From Acidimicrobiia bacterium (GTDB lineage Bacteria; Actinomycetota; Acidimicrobiia; Acidimicrobiales; VFJN01), in the NCBI GenBank assembly GCA_009694375.1, contig SHVB01000001.1:70366-134365 (forward strand): a DNA stretch of 64,000 bases, read 5' to 3'. The notes beneath the pieces are model-generated. The model was not told the origin of the DNA, searched no databases, and was given only the letters and a program-made list of their open reading frames with translations. Shown piece by piece: positions 10,468 through 21,039 of the stretch (its first letter is position 1; the number at the start of each line of letters is the position of its first letter). The position numbers and the translations under genes are program-made.

Positions 10468-11817
10468 TCAGTCGAACAGGGCCAGTACTTCGGCCACACG
10501 CACCGCACAGGATGCCTGATCGGGCGCCTCAAGGTTGAGTCGGAGGAGTGGCTCGGTGTTCGACGGGCGGAGGTTGAACCACCACGAGCCCTGATCCACG
10601 GTGAGGCCGTCGAGGTGATCTTGGTGATCGACGGGATAGTGGGCGGCGACGCGGGCGATCACGGCATGGGCATCGGCGACCACCGTATTGATCTCGCCGG
10701 AAGCGGCGTAGCGGTCGAATGGTTGGCGCAACTCCGAGAGGGGGACGCCCGCCTGAGCGAGTTGCTCCAGCACAACCAGCGCCGCGATGGACCCCGAATC
10801 GGCCCGGTAGTTGTCTCGGAAGTAATAGTGCGCCGAGTGCTCGCCCCCGAAGGCCGCCCCCGTCTCGGCCATCACCGACTTGATGAAGCTGTGCCCCACC
10901 CGGGTGCGCACCGGGATGCCGCCGCGCTCGCGCACCACCTCGGCCACCGCCTTGGAGCAGATGCAGTTGTGCAGGATCGTGGCACCGGGATTCTTCTCGA
11001 GCACACCGGCCGCCACGATGGCGGTGGTGAGCGAACCAGAGAGAGCCTGGCCCTGATCGTCCACGAGGAACACCCGGTCGGCGTCACCATCGAAGGCCAG
11101 GCCCACATCGGCGCCCACCTCGAGTACCCGGGCCTGCAGGTCGCGGAGGTTTTCGGGCTGGATGGGATCGGCGGGATGGTTGGGAAAGCGGCCGTCGAGT
11201 TCGCCGTAGATGATCTCCAGATCCATTGGGAGGCCCTCGAACACTGCGGGAACCACAAGGCCCCCCATGCCGTTGGCGGTGTCGGCCACGATTTTGAGCG
11301 GTCGTAACGCCGCCGTATCCACGAAGGACCGCACGTGATCGGCGAAGGCGCCAAGCAGGTCGAGCGACCGGTACCCGCCTCGCGGGCCGGCGGCTGGCGG
11401 CACCCCCGCCTCCACCATCGCCTTGATGTCCCCCAAGCCCGTGTCTTCGCCAATCGGGGCCGCGCCGGCCAAACACATTTTCATGCCGTTGTACTGGGCC
11501 GGGTTATGCGATGCCGTGAACATCACCGCGGGCGCATCAAGCGAGCCCGCCGCGAAATACACGAGGTCGGTAGAGGCCAGGCCCACATCCACGATATCGA
11601 GACCCTGCTCCTGCACTCCCAGGGCAAAGGCAGCCGCCAAGGCCACCCCCGAGTCGCGCATGTCGCGGCCCATGATGACCGTACGGGCCCCGCCGGGCCG
11701 GCTGCTCACAAAACAGGCAAAGGCCCCGCCAACGGCGTGAGCCAGGGTCGGGTCGAGTTGATCGGGGGTGATACCCCGAATGTCGTAGGCCTTGAAGATG
11801 ACATCGAGATCAGGCAT
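10468..11817 (-). CDS. manB: phosphomannomutase/phosphoglucomutase
   Basis: 449 aa with FKAYDIRG, active-site TASHNP, Mg-binding FDGDADR and the GEHSAHYYF sugar loop. Confidence 0.93.
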   Translation of the reverse strand: MPDLDVIFKAYDIRGITPDQLDPTLAHAVGGAFACFVSSRPGGARTVIMGRDMRDSGVALAAAFALGVQEQGLDIVDVGLASTDLVYFAAGSLDAPAVMFTASHNPAQYNGMKMCLAGAAPIGEDTGLGDIKAMVEAGVPPAAGPRGGYRSLDLLGAFADHVRSFVDTAALRPLKIVADTANGMGGLVVPAVFEGLPMDLEIIYGELDGRFPNHPADPIQPENLRDLQARVLEVGADVGLAFDGDADRVFLVDDQGQALSGSLTTAIVAAGVLEKNPGATILHNCICSKAVAEVVRERGGIPVRTRVGHSFIKSVMAETGAAFGGEHSAHYYFRDNYRADSGSIAALVVLEQLAQAGVPLSELRQPFDRYAASGEINTVVADAHAVIARVAAHYPVDHQDHLDGLTVDQGSWWFNLRPSNTEPLLRLNLEAPDQASCAVRVAEVLALFD

Positions 11818-11842
11818 GAAGGCTGCACCCTACCGGGGACCG

Positions 11843-13027
11843 TTAGGCCACGGAGGACTCCAGAACCCCCGATGGAAGCTCATAGACACCCGCAGCCGAC
11901 CACCGGCGAATGCGCCAGATGTCGCGAATGAGGCGGGCCGTGTCCCGGACGAGCTGCACGGTGGAGTGCTCCGGGCTCCCGAGATGCACCGGCACTTCGA
12001 TCAGCGAGAAGCCGAACCGTTCCACCAGGTGCAGTAGCTCGATGTCGAACGCGAAGCGGTCGACTCGGGCCACTGAGACGATGGTTTTGGCTACATCGGA
12101 CCGAAAGCCCTTGAGGCCACACTGCGTATCGTGGGGATGACTCAGCAGCACTCCCATCGCCAGTAGGTTCACCGCCCGACTGCCCACCCCCCGCAACCAA
12201 CCGGCACCGTCTTCGACCACCGTGTCGGGGTGTCGGCGGCTCCCCACCGCCACGTCCCATCCGGCCTCCACCTCCCGCAGCACGTTGCCAAGTTGGTCAG
12301 GCGAGTACGCCAGATCGGCATCGGTGAACGCGATTGCTCGGCCCCGCGCTACCGCCACGCCAGCACGAATGGCGGCCCCTTTGCCGCGATTTTCCGGAAG
12401 CACCAACACCTGATCGGCCCCGCCGACCAAGGCGGCATCGGCGGTACCATCCTGAGACCCATCGTCGACCACGATGATTTCCAGGCCGCCGTCAGCCCCG
12501 ATCGGGGCCAGCGCGGCACGGATGGCACCGATGGTGCCCCCGATGCGAGTCGCTTCCCCCAGGGCGGGGATGATGACCGTCGCCCGCATCTGCCCCGGGG
12601 CCGGGGGCCGGGGCACCTGCTGTTGGAGCGCCCGCCGCACCGCGCCGAGGAGCACCGCCCGATACAGGAATAGCCGCAGCAAGCCCGCCATGGACAGCGA
12701 CACCAACTTGGCCGCCACCAGACCGCCGGTGGTCTCGAAGCCATGGGCGGCGAAGAGCACCCGCAGGACCAGCACATCCAGGGTGCCCGCCAGCAACGCC
12801 ACCACCACGAACGCCGCCGGGAACCGCACCCAACGCACGTAAGGGTCAGACCGAAACGTGACCGATGAATGCAAGAGGTAGGAGAGCACCGAGGCCACCG
12901 CAATGGCGGTCGCGTTGGCCACCACCAGAATCCAGCCAAGTCCTTGACGGAAAAACACCAGCAAGCCGATGTCCACCAGCGTGGGCACTACGGCCAAGAG
13001 CAGGATGCGTCGCGGACGCTGCGTCAT
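11843..13027 (-). CDS. GtrA-like domain fused to a family-2 glycosyltransferase (polyprenyl-phosphate sugar synthase-like)
   Basis: The N-terminal 4-TM GtrA-like part (LVDIGLLVFFRQ..ANATAIAVASVLSYLLHSSVTFRS) is followed by a GT2 core (VIIPALGE..EIIVVDDGSQDGT..ENRGKGAA..TDADL). I chose the ATG at 13027 because the track ORF extension overlaps the upstream gene. Confidence 0.8.
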   Translation of the reverse strand: MTQRPRRILLLAVVPTLVDIGLLVFFRQGLGWILVVANATAIAVASVLSYLLHSSVTFRSDPYVRWVRFPAAFVVVALLAGTLDVLVLRVLFAAHGFETTGGLVAAKLVSLSMAGLLRLFLYRAVLLGAVRRALQQQVPRPPAPGQMRATVIIPALGEATRIGGTIGAIRAALAPIGADGGLEIIVVDDGSQDGTADAALVGGADQVLVLPENRGKGAAIRAGVAVARGRAIAFTDADLAYSPDQLGNVLREVEAGWDVAVGSRRHPDTVVEDGAGWLRGVGSRAVNLLAMGVLLSHPHDTQCGLKGFRSDVAKTIVSVARVDRFAFDIELLHLVERFGFSLIEVPVHLGSPEHSTVQLVRDTARLIRDIWRIRRWSAAGVYELPSGVLESSVA

Positions 13028-13034
13028 GGTTGGC

Positions 13035-15767
13035 TCATTCGGTGAGCTTGAAGTGCCCCGGGGTCGCCGCAGGAGGCTCGTCTTCCTTGCGACCGAGCGG
13101 CACCAGCGGCGGCCGACAGGCCAGCAAGATGACCAGGCCCACCCCCACCGCAGTGATGGCGTAGGCGACGTACTCCACCGGCTCACGCCCGTAGGTCAGT
13201 TCCACCTGCGACGACGACGGAATCACCACCATGAGGTTCGGCGCCACCCGGTACGGGCCCGAGCCACCCCTCACCCGCCAGTTCGGGAAGTACGACGCCT
13301 TCACGAGTACCGGCACCCCCACGGTGTCGACGTCGAAGGAGATCGTGTCCGTACCGGCGGTGATGGCACTGACCACTACCGGCTCCAACGGTCGCACATC
13401 GGGTGCAAACCCGCCATCGGCGGCGAGGGCAGGATTGATTTTCTCCTGGAGGAGTTGACTCACCTGTTCGGCGATGGAGGGCACGGTGAGGCGCTGCCAC
13501 GCCTTTGGGCCTGATGATGCCAGCATCACGTCCCACTGATCAGGATGGGTGAACCAGGTGATCGCCTTGCCCGCACAGGCACCCTCGGCGTCGCGTGACC
13601 CACAAATCCATTCCTTGTGATCACCGCCCCCTTCCTCGAGTACTGCCGGCTCATTCACGAGCGACGTAACGAGATCCGAGTTGGCCACCAAGAAAATCGT
13701 CCAGGGCCCCGACGTGGCGACCTCGGTCAGGTCGGGGTGAACCCGGGCCGCCTGGGTGGCCTGCAACGACGAGGAAAGGTAATACCGCACCCCCATGAGT
13801 TGCAGGTGCTGCACCCCCTGATCGAAGTTGAACCCGTCGTAGGGCAGCTCGCGTTGGGCGGCACTGGGCGCCGCCGACAACTCCACCTGGTTCAGGAAGT
13901 GAAACGGGGTAGTAGCGGAGGACTCAAAAAACAGGCCCTCCATTGAACCGATGCAGCCATCAGTCCAATGCGGCAGAAGCATCAACGCCATCGTTGTGCC
14001 GTAACGACCGATCTCCTTCTCGTACTCCCAGAACGACCGGCCGCACCCGTGGTCCCGACCCACCTGCTCCATCGTGGTGATGAGATCTCGATACTCGCCG
14101 TAGGCGCCCTTGGCCTCGTAGCCCGAGTAATTCCATCGCGCCCAACCGCCCAAGAAACTGTCCTTGCCTACCCCGTTGGTCAAGCCCAACCAGGTGTAGG
14201 AATTATCCGCTTTCGTTGAGCCACCCGGCAAGGAGCGCAGGGGCAGGCCGAGCATGACCAGCCCGAACAACAAGACCACCCCGGCGAACGCCGCGCTACC
14301 CCACGGACTCGGCCGATCCGGATCACGAGCGGCGAGTACCGAGATGGTGCGGCCGATCTCGGCTACCCCCACCGCGGCGAGCAGGTACAAGCACAGGTAA
14401 TAAAACGGCAGCAACCGCGCGTTCCAGAGCCGCGCCTGAGGCAGGAACACAAACGCCGCCCCCATCACGACCGCCAAAGCGGCCATGATCAGCCCGAAGC
14501 GCACCCGAAAGAAGATCGACAACACGAAGCCCAGCAGCGCCAACGCCAGTACCCAGCGAAGGTCATCCGGGGACCCCAGCGACGAACGGGGAATCAGGTA
14601 CTTCCAGTACGTCTCCCCGTCGAAGGTGAACAGCGTCCCCGACCACGATCTCAATCCGTTCTCGGCGACGGGTTCGGGCAGTTTTACCCAGCCCATGTCG
14701 TTGACGTACGCCCGTTGCCAGAGAAAGGGCAGAACCCAAAACGCCGATAGCGCGCCGGCCACGGGCAACACGGTGACCATCCAGCGAAAGGCCACCGAGT
14801 TCCGCCAGAAGCGCACGGGCACCGGGCCGTCTGCCCGTGCTCCGGTGCAGGCCCGCCACGCATCGCCGAGTACCGGAGCGGCGAGGATGACGGCGGTACC
14901 CACCAGGGCGAAGAAGGCCGGAATGAGGTGGCACAGGCCGGTAACGGCCAACAGACATGCCCCCAGCGCCCGGTAGCGGCCCGTGCGCGCTCCCCGAATC
15001 ATCACCCCGAGATACAGCATCGCCAGGGAGAGGCTGATCGAGAAGGCGAACTCCCCGGCGAGGGTGGAGGCGATGTTGCCGCCGTAGATTGTGAAGTTGC
15101 GGTCGAAGAGGAAGAACAGCGACCCCACCGACAGCAACGCCGGTCCGGGAAAGCGCAGATCGGCCAGTCGACCAAAGGCATAGACCGCCACCGGCAGGCT
15201 GGCCATCCCCAAGATGGTGACCATCTTGAAGGCAGTGCCATAGGGAATCTCGACTCCCGCCACCACCACCAGCATCGCCACGACCACCAAGATCCGGCGC
15301 CGCCACCCCGGCCCCGCCCGCCACGCCGCTGCTGCCGCCCCGGCCGCGGCGGCGACGGGGATCAGCATCGCCCACCCGCCGAAGATCCCCACATCAAGGG
15401 CCACGATCAGCAGCGATGGGACCACCATGTAGAACTGATAGGCGGGGAAACCGGCGTACCAGTCGGGGGTCCAACCGGAGATCCGACCGGCGGGCAGGAG
15501 ATAGTCGCGCAGGAACGCCGGGCCCCACACGTGCGCCCCCATGTCCCCCCCTGTCGGTACGGCACTGGAAAGCACCAGTTCCGGATGCAGGTTCGCCACC
15601 ACGAAGACGACGCAGGCCCCCACCACGAGCGAATCGGTGACACGGCGCGCCACAACGCCACGATCGTCCAGGGGCGAGCCTGGATCAGGACTCGCCGCGG
15701 TGTCGATCTCGTCAGGGGATGGTTCGCGTCGAAGGTCTTCGTCTTTGGTCGGCCCGTGCTCCGTCAT
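13035..15767 (-). CDS. large polytopic membrane protein, GT-C-like putative glycosyltransferase with a C-terminal extracytoplasmic domain
   Basis: 910 aa from the ATG at 15767. It has about 13 predicted TM helices, an early GGDMGAHVWGPAFLRDYL..WYAGFPAYQFY loop (resembling PTPS-related/GT-C membrane proteins), then about 400 aa of soluble domain and a C-terminal TM. It sits 8 bp upstream of the GtrA-GT2 gene. Confidence 0.6.
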   Translation of the reverse strand: MTEHGPTKDEDLRREPSPDEIDTAASPDPGSPLDDRGVVARRVTDSLVVGACVVFVVANLHPELVLSSAVPTGGDMGAHVWGPAFLRDYLLPAGRISGWTPDWYAGFPAYQFYMVVPSLLIVALDVGIFGGWAMLIPVAAAAGAAAAAWRAGPGWRRRILVVVAMLVVVAGVEIPYGTAFKMVTILGMASLPVAVYAFGRLADLRFPGPALLSVGSLFFLFDRNFTIYGGNIASTLAGEFAFSISLSLAMLYLGVMIRGARTGRYRALGACLLAVTGLCHLIPAFFALVGTAVILAAPVLGDAWRACTGARADGPVPVRFWRNSVAFRWMVTVLPVAGALSAFWVLPFLWQRAYVNDMGWVKLPEPVAENGLRSWSGTLFTFDGETYWKYLIPRSSLGSPDDLRWVLALALLGFVLSIFFRVRFGLIMAALAVVMGAAFVFLPQARLWNARLLPFYYLCLYLLAAVGVAEIGRTISVLAARDPDRPSPWGSAAFAGVVLLFGLVMLGLPLRSLPGGSTKADNSYTWLGLTNGVGKDSFLGGWARWNYSGYEAKGAYGEYRDLITTMEQVGRDHGCGRSFWEYEKEIGRYGTTMALMLLPHWTDGCIGSMEGLFFESSATTPFHFLNQVELSAAPSAAQRELPYDGFNFDQGVQHLQLMGVRYYLSSSLQATQAARVHPDLTEVATSGPWTIFLVANSDLVTSLVNEPAVLEEGGGDHKEWICGSRDAEGACAGKAITWFTHPDQWDVMLASSGPKAWQRLTVPSIAEQVSQLLQEKINPALAADGGFAPDVRPLEPVVVSAITAGTDTISFDVDTVGVPVLVKASYFPNWRVRGGSGPYRVAPNLMVVIPSSSQVELTYGREPVEYVAYAITAVGVGLVILLACRPPLVPLGRKEDEPPAATPGHFKLTE

Positions 15768-15805
15768 CGTGTCTATCGTGCCATCCCCACGTTGGCCTGC
15801 GGGAC

Positions 15806-16546
15806 TCACCCCAGCAGAAGCGCAATAACGGTCACCATGTTGAAGGTGACATGGGCGCTGATGGCGGGTCCCAACCGACCCGAGCGATAGGCCAACCAGC
15901 CAAACACCGCTCCGGCAAGCACGAGGGCGGGCAACTGGAGCAACTGCCCATGGCTGGCCCCAAAGACCAAGGCGGTGACGCCGATGGCCGCCCACGGCGG
16001 GAAGCCGCGTTTGAGGAAGGCCCGCTGCATGAGACCCCGGAAGAAGAGTTCCTCAAAGATCGGGGCCATCACGCCGACGATCAGGATCAGCAACACAGCC
16101 CCGCCCAGGCCATCGGCGCGATCACCCAGCGAACGGGCGGGCTCCGCGAGATCGCTGGACGATTTGCCCATGAGTTGGAGAATCGGCCAGTAGAGGATGA
16201 CAAGGATGGGCCACTGAAGCAGCGCCCCGATGATCCCTCCCCGCCAGAGATCGCCCCAGCGGACTCGGAAACCCAGGTCCGCCACCAGGCCATTGCCCTT
16301 GCGGTTCGTTATCGCGAACGGGACGATGAAGAACGCGAACGCCAGACCCACCTGGAGGAGCGCCACCACCTCGAGGGGAAGATCGGCCATCTCGTCGCCG
16401 GCGTGACCCGTAGCGATCAGCACACCACCGGCGACCACCTGTCCGATCAGCTGAACCAACAGCCACCCGACGAACGCATCGGGCAGACCCCATCTCTGCG
16501 TGGCGGGGTCGAGCCACCGCATCGGCTTGGCTGAGGTCATCACCAT
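15806..16546 (-). CDS. CPBP-family intramembrane glutamic endopeptidase (CAAX protease-like)
   Basis: 246 aa multi-TM protein with motifs APIFEELFFRG, FGASH and SAHVTFN. Confidence 0.85.
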   Translation of the reverse strand: MVMTSAKPMRWLDPATQRWGLPDAFVGWLLVQLIGQVVAGGVLIATGHAGDEMADLPLEVVALLQVGLAFAFFIVPFAITNRKGNGLVADLGFRVRWGDLWRGGIIGALLQWPILVILYWPILQLMGKSSSDLAEPARSLGDRADGLGGAVLLILIVGVMAPIFEELFFRGLMQRAFLKRGFPPWAAIGVTALVFGASHGQLLQLPALVLAGAVFGWLAYRSGRLGPAISAHVTFNMVTVIALLLG

Positions 16547-16580
16547 GAAAACTTACGAGGGCCTCAGCTGGCGCGAAGAA

Positions 16581-16814
16581 TTAGGAGGCGACGGCGTGAG
16601 ATAGGGCGGCGGGATAACGCACGCGGCGATCGTGGCGGGCCCAGCCCCGCGGTACCCGCAGCCCGGTGGCGTGTGGGCCACAGAGGTCGTAGCGCATCGG
16701 ATGAGCCTCGGTGTGCAGCACCTCCACTACGGCCGTGCGCTCCCCATAATCGTAGGTGAGCGTAGCGGTAGCGGTGCTGTTGCACCCTGGCTTTGCGCAC
16801 GTCCGACTGCTCAT
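16581..16814 (-). CDS. DUF3499-domain protein
   Basis: 77 aa, CAKPGCNSTATATLTYDY...DLCGPHATGLRVPRGW, the actinobacterial DUF3499 pattern usually found next to manB/pmm. Confidence 0.8.
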   Translation of the reverse strand: MSSRTCAKPGCNSTATATLTYDYGERTAVVEVLHTEAHPMRYDLCGPHATGLRVPRGWARHDRRVRYPAALSHAVAS

Positions 16815-16896
16815 TTTTCCACGCTACTAGGCCGCGGCGCGAAGCCGTGGACCCCCTGGCGGTGATTCCGACGACCCGGCCGCCTATCCTGTTCAT

Positions 16897-18894
16897 ATGA
16901 GCCCCGACGGCCCTCCGCCGCCTCCCCCGCCGCCTCCCCCTCCGAATCGACCCGCGGGCGCTGGTCGGGGCCGAGGGCTCTCGGCCTCCGGTATTCCCAA
17001 GTGGGGAATCTGGGCCCTTCTGGCCATCACGCTGATGATCGTCGTGCTGCCAAACTTTCTCACCACCAGCGACTCCAACGCCGTGGCCTACTCGGACTTC
17101 ATGGCCTCGGTGAGGGACGGCGAGGTAGAAAGCGTCGATATCGACAACACCAACGGCGACATCGGCGGCACGAAAACCGACGGCACCAAGTTCAGCACTA
17201 CCGGTCCGCTTGATGGCGGTATCCCCGAAGCCGACCTTGCCACCTTGCGGGAGCAAAGCGTGGAGGTCACGTACAAGACGCCTACCCCCGGGTTGCTGGT
17301 GAGCATCCTCCCCTTCCTCATCCCGGTGGCGATCTTCGTAGGCTTCTTCTGGTTCATGCAGCGCCGGGCCCAGAGCCAGATGGGCGGCGTCATGTCAATC
17401 GGGCGTTCGAAGGCCAAGACCTATTCCGAAGAACGCCCCGGCACCACCTTCGCTGACGTGGCCGGCTACGCGGGGGTGAAAGAGGAAGTCACCGAAGTGA
17501 TCGACTTCCTCAAGAACCCCACCCGCTTCGCCGAAATCGGGGCCCGCATTCCCAAGGGCATCCTCCTCGTAGGCCCGCCGGGCACCGGCAAGACCCTCAT
17601 CGCCCGGGCCGTGGCCGGCGAGGCGGGCGTACCGTTCCTGTCGGTCACCGGATCAGACTTCATGGAGATGTTCGTAGGCGTGGGGGCCAGCCGCGTGCGA
17701 GACCTGTTCCAGAGCGCCCGTAAGATGGGTAAGGCGATCATCTTCGTGGACGAGATCGACTCCATCGGCCGCAAGCGCGGTGCCGGCCTCGGAGGTGGTC
17801 ACGACGAGCGCGAGCAGACGCTCAATCAGATGCTGTCCGAGATGGACGGCTTCGAGGCCACCGAGGGCATCGTGATCATCGCCGCCACCAACCGGCCCGA
17901 CATCCTCGATCCCGCCCTTCTGCGCCCGGGACGCTTCGACCGCCAGGTCGTGGTGCCCCTTCCCGAGGTCAGCGAGCGCGTTCACATCCTCGAGGTGCAC
18001 TCCAAGTCCAAGCGGATGGCCACCGACGTCGACCTCAACGTGGTCGCGCGCGGTACCCCGGGGATGTCCGGAGCGGACCTCTCCAACCTGGTGAACGAAG
18101 CGGCCCTGTTTGCGGTACGCGACGGCAAAGATCAGATTTCCCAGCACCACTTCGAACTGGCCCGAGACCGAGTGCTGATGGGTGCCCGTCGCGAGTCCAT
18201 GGCTTTGGCCCACCGCGAGAAGGAAGCCATCGCCTACCACGAAGGAGGCCACGCGGTGGCCGCCGCCGTGCTCACCCATGCCGATCCCGTCCACAAGGTG
18301 ACGATCCTTCCCATGGGCATGGCTCTCGGGGTCACCCAGCAACTGCCCATGGATGATCGCCACATCTACCGGCAGGATTACATTGAGGACAGCCTGGTGG
18401 TGCGTATGGGGGGTCGTATCGCCGAAGACCTCGTGTTTGGAGTGGTTTCCACCGGTGCGAACAACGACCTCGTGGGATCCACCGAACTCGCCCGCCGCAT
18501 GGTGCGCGAGTGGGGTATGTCCGAACGGGTCGGCCCGATGGCCTGGGGGTCGCAGGGCGCCGTCTTCCTAGGCGACGATCTAATGCAGACCCGGGACTAC
18601 TCCGACGAAACCGCTCGCGTGATTGACGAGGAGGTCGAACGAATCCTGCGCCAGCAAGAACAACGGTGCCGCGAGACGCTCACCGAACACCGCAACGCCC
18701 TCGACCTAGTGGCCCGGGCCCTACTGGAACACGAGACGATCGACGGTCCGGAGGTCTACCGCCTGGTGGAACTCGGTCGGCAGGGCCGCACCGCGGTCGA
18801 GGAGTTTGGGCAATGGCAGGCCAGCGACGGCCGCGGCGAGTGCTCCGGTGCCTTTGGCGCCGCCCACGTGGCCACCGAAGCCCCACGCGAGTGA
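16897..18894 (+). CDS. ftsH: ATP-dependent zinc metalloprotease FtsH
   Basis: 665 aa with two TM helices, AAA+ Walker A GPPGTGKT, Walker [12 protein letters not shown], and HEGGH zinc site (AYHEGGHAV). Confidence 0.97.
   Translation: MSPDGPPPPPPPPPPPNRPAGAGRGRGLSASGIPKWGIWALLAITLMIVVLPNFLTTSDSNAVAYSDFMASVRDGEVESVDIDNTNGDIGGTKTDGTKFSTTGPLDGGIPEADLATLREQSVEVTYKTPTPGLLVSILPFLIPVAIFVGFFWFMQRRAQSQMGGVMSIGRSKAKTYSEERPGTTFADVAGYAGVKEEVTEVIDFLKNPTRFAEIGARIPKGILLVGPPGTGKTLIARAVAGEAGVPFLSVTGSDFMEMFVGVGASRVRDLFQSARKMGKAIIFVDEIDSIGRKRGAGLGGGHDEREQTLNQMLSEMDGFEATEGIVIIAATNRPDILDPALLRPGRFDRQVVVPLPEVSERVHILEVHSKSKRMATDVDLNVVARGTPGMSGADLSNLVNEAALFAVRDGKDQISQHHFELARDRVLMGARRESMALAHREKEAIAYHEGGHAVAAAVLTHADPVHKVTILPMGMALGVTQQLPMDDRHIYRQDYIEDSLVVRMGGRIAEDLVFGVVSTGANNDLVGSTELARRMVREWGMSERVGPMAWGSQGAVFLGDDLMQTRDYSDETARVIDEEVERILRQQEQRCRETLTEHRNALDLVARALLEHETIDGPEVYRLVELGRQGRTAVEEFGQWQASDGRGECSGAFGAAHVATEAPRE
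16912..16944 (+). repeat. run of 11 consecutive proline codons at codons 6-16 of ftsH
   Basis: cct ccg ccg cct ccc ccg ccg cct ccc cct ccg, read directly. No alternative in-frame ATG/GTG lies between it and TM1. Confidence 0.9.
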
Positions 18895-19389
18895 CTACCC
18901 CGTCACCTCCGAGGGGCCGCACTCACCGGGCGTCGAGCCCGGAGAACGGGCCTCGGCGACGGCGGCCCACAAGTGTGTGGCGCTGACCGGACCCATGAAG
19001 CTGTGTTGCACCACCCCATCGGCATCCACGATCAAGGTGGTGGGTACTGCATCGATCTCGTAGCGGTCATGTAAGCCCCGCGCCGCGAGATACTCGAGTT
19101 CCTGTACCACCACCTCGGTGCTCTCCAGCACTGCGGCTCGATCCCATACTCCCGCGCAGGCCTCGCAGGTGCCGGAGGTGAACACGGCCACCAGCCACGG
19201 GGTATCGGGGCGGGCAAAATCAGCCCGGTCCACCTGCTCGGGTACGCTATAGCCTGTCCGCACGGGAACATCGGCCCGCTGACGCCGTTGCAACACCGCG
19301 GCGACGCCGAGCGCCACACCGGCCAGCACGAGGGCGAAGAGGACTCGTTCCATCCTCCGAGCATGCCGTCCCCCCGAGCCGGCGGCCAC
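18895..19389 (-). CDS. membrane-anchored thioredoxin-like protein (CxxC)
   Basis: N-terminal TM (VLFALVLAGVALGVAAVL), then WLVAVFTSGTCEACAGVW with a CEAC motif and ..AVPTTLIVD (cis-Pro region). The start is uncertain between GTG 19389 and ATG 19353. Confidence 0.65.
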   Translation of the reverse strand: MAAGSGGRHARRMERVLFALVLAGVALGVAAVLQRRQRADVPVRTGYSVPEQVDRADFARPDTPWLVAVFTSGTCEACAGVWDRAAVLESTEVVVQELEYLAARGLHDRYEIDAVPTTLIVDADGVVQHSFMGPVSATHLWAAVAEARSPGSTPGECGPSEVTG

Positions 19390-19416
19390 CCCAAGCGAAC
19401 CGCAAGCGCCGGCTCG

Positions 19417-21039
19417 CTAGCGGCTGAAGGGCTCGGGCACCACTACATCGACCGCCAAGGGGATGCCCATCGACTGCGAAATGCCCCGGCCGTTGATGCG
19501 ATAGAGCCCACGTTCGGCCACCACCGGACCATCGGCCTGAACCACCGCCGCCAAGCGTTCCAAGTTGGTGTGCTCGCTGAGCCTCACCGTCACACGGCCC
19601 CCCGGCCGAATTTCGAGACCCTGTAACCCCGACGGGGTGAACAGCCGACCATTCGCAAAGGGGGCCACGCTGAAAGTGACGATTTCCTCGCTCGACGCGT
19701 TGAACACGGTGAGGAACTCCTCGCGCTCCCCTTTTACGACTCCGCCCCCGGCGAAATACCAGGTAGGCGCCGCCACCGGCGAGCCCAGCGTGGCCCCCAC
19801 TCCGAGGGTGGAACTGCCCGAGGACACGATCACCCGTTCGGCGGTGATAGGTGCGCCGTTGAGAGACCGAACCACCGCCGAGTGGGGAGCACCGAGGGGA
19901 ACTCGCGGTGGATCATCCGGACCCGCCAGTGGATCGGGCAACGACACGATGGCAAAGCGGCCCGGTAAGACCGTGACCTCGTAGGGCTCGGGCGGGGCGC
20001 TGGCCTGGGGATCCTCGAGGCGGAACTCCACCTCCACCTCGGCAACTTCCTCACTCGGGTTGAACACCACGATCTCCTCGCGAATCCCCTCGGCAATGTT
20101 GCCGTCGGGGAACATCCAGGTATCCGCAGGCACCGGAGCACCGAGGCCGAGGGTGATCCCTTCGAGGTCGTCGTCGTCGGTCCCCCCGAAGAACTGGATG
20201 CGATCCACCACCAGCGAACCGCTACGCACAGTGACCTGGGCGGAGACCTGCGCCTTACGTTGTGCTCCCCCCGGATCGTCGACGTAGGCGCCGACCACGC
20301 TGCGGCCCGGCACGATGAAGTTTCTAAACCGCAGCGTGTCGCGGGCTCCCTCATCAGTGGCAAAGGCCACATCCAGCGAGGCATCCCCAGGGAAGGGGTT
20401 CATGAACACCAGGAGTTCGCGAGCGCCCCGGGCCGTTACCCCCCACGGGAAGGACCAGGAGGTGGCGGCGGTGGTGCTGCACGCGGCAGTGGCCCTTCCC
20501 CCGGCGGAGCCGGTGACCTGATGTTCAACCACTACCTGCCCACCGTCTATCTCCACTACGGCCCCCGCTAGTGGTGCCTTTACGAGGGTGGACAGCGGAA
20601 GTTCCACCCGGCTGTACGGGGGAAGCTTCACCACGGCGGGCACGATGGGAGCCGGGACGGTGGTGGGAACCGGCACGGTAGTCGTGGTGGGGGCGGTCGT
20701 GGTGGTGGCAACCCCAGGATTCACGTTGCCCGGGATGATCGCGGGCGGCGCGAAATCACCGGCCACCGCGGTGACCGTGGCGGTGCGATCTTCGTCGGTC
20801 GGATTGGCCATGAGGAGCACATGGTTGGCCACCCCACCTTCGGTGGCACTCCCACCAGCGCAATACCAGGTGGAACTGAGGCTTCCGGGCGGGGCCGCCG
20901 CGGGGATCGCCGTACCCGCTGTCACCGCAATCGCGCCAGTGTCGTCATCGGGAGCGGGCTGGTCCCCTCCCTGCAGCACGAGGCCTCCCGCCAGCACACC
21001 GCCGAGAATGACCAACGCCGCCAGCCGTCCTCCCCTCAT
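19417..21039 (-). CDS. DUF5719-like secreted protein (partner of the large GT2)
   Basis: 540 aa with an N-terminal signal/anchor and a Thr/Pro linker. It is beta-rich and overlaps the upstream 1065-aa GT2 by 4 bp. The pairing and composition match the actinobacterial DUF5719 family as I remember it. Confidence 0.6.
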   Translation of the reverse strand: MRGGRLAALVILGGVLAGGLVLQGGDQPAPDDDTGAIAVTAGTAIPAAAPPGSLSSTWYCAGGSATEGGVANHVLLMANPTDEDRTATVTAVAGDFAPPAIIPGNVNPGVATTTTAPTTTTVPVPTTVPAPIVPAVVKLPPYSRVELPLSTLVKAPLAGAVVEIDGGQVVVEHQVTGSAGGRATAACSTTAATSWSFPWGVTARGARELLVFMNPFPGDASLDVAFATDEGARDTLRFRNFIVPGRSVVGAYVDDPGGAQRKAQVSAQVTVRSGSLVVDRIQFFGGTDDDDLEGITLGLGAPVPADTWMFPDGNIAEGIREEIVVFNPSEEVAEVEVEFRLEDPQASAPPEPYEVTVLPGRFAIVSLPDPLAGPDDPPRVPLGAPHSAVVRSLNGAPITAERVIVSSGSSTLGVGATLGSPVAAPTWYFAGGGVVKGEREEFLTVFNASSEEIVTFSVAPFANGRLFTPSGLQGLEIRPGGRVTVRLSEHTNLERLAAVVQADGPVVAERGLYRINGRGISQSMGIPLAVDVVVPEPFSR

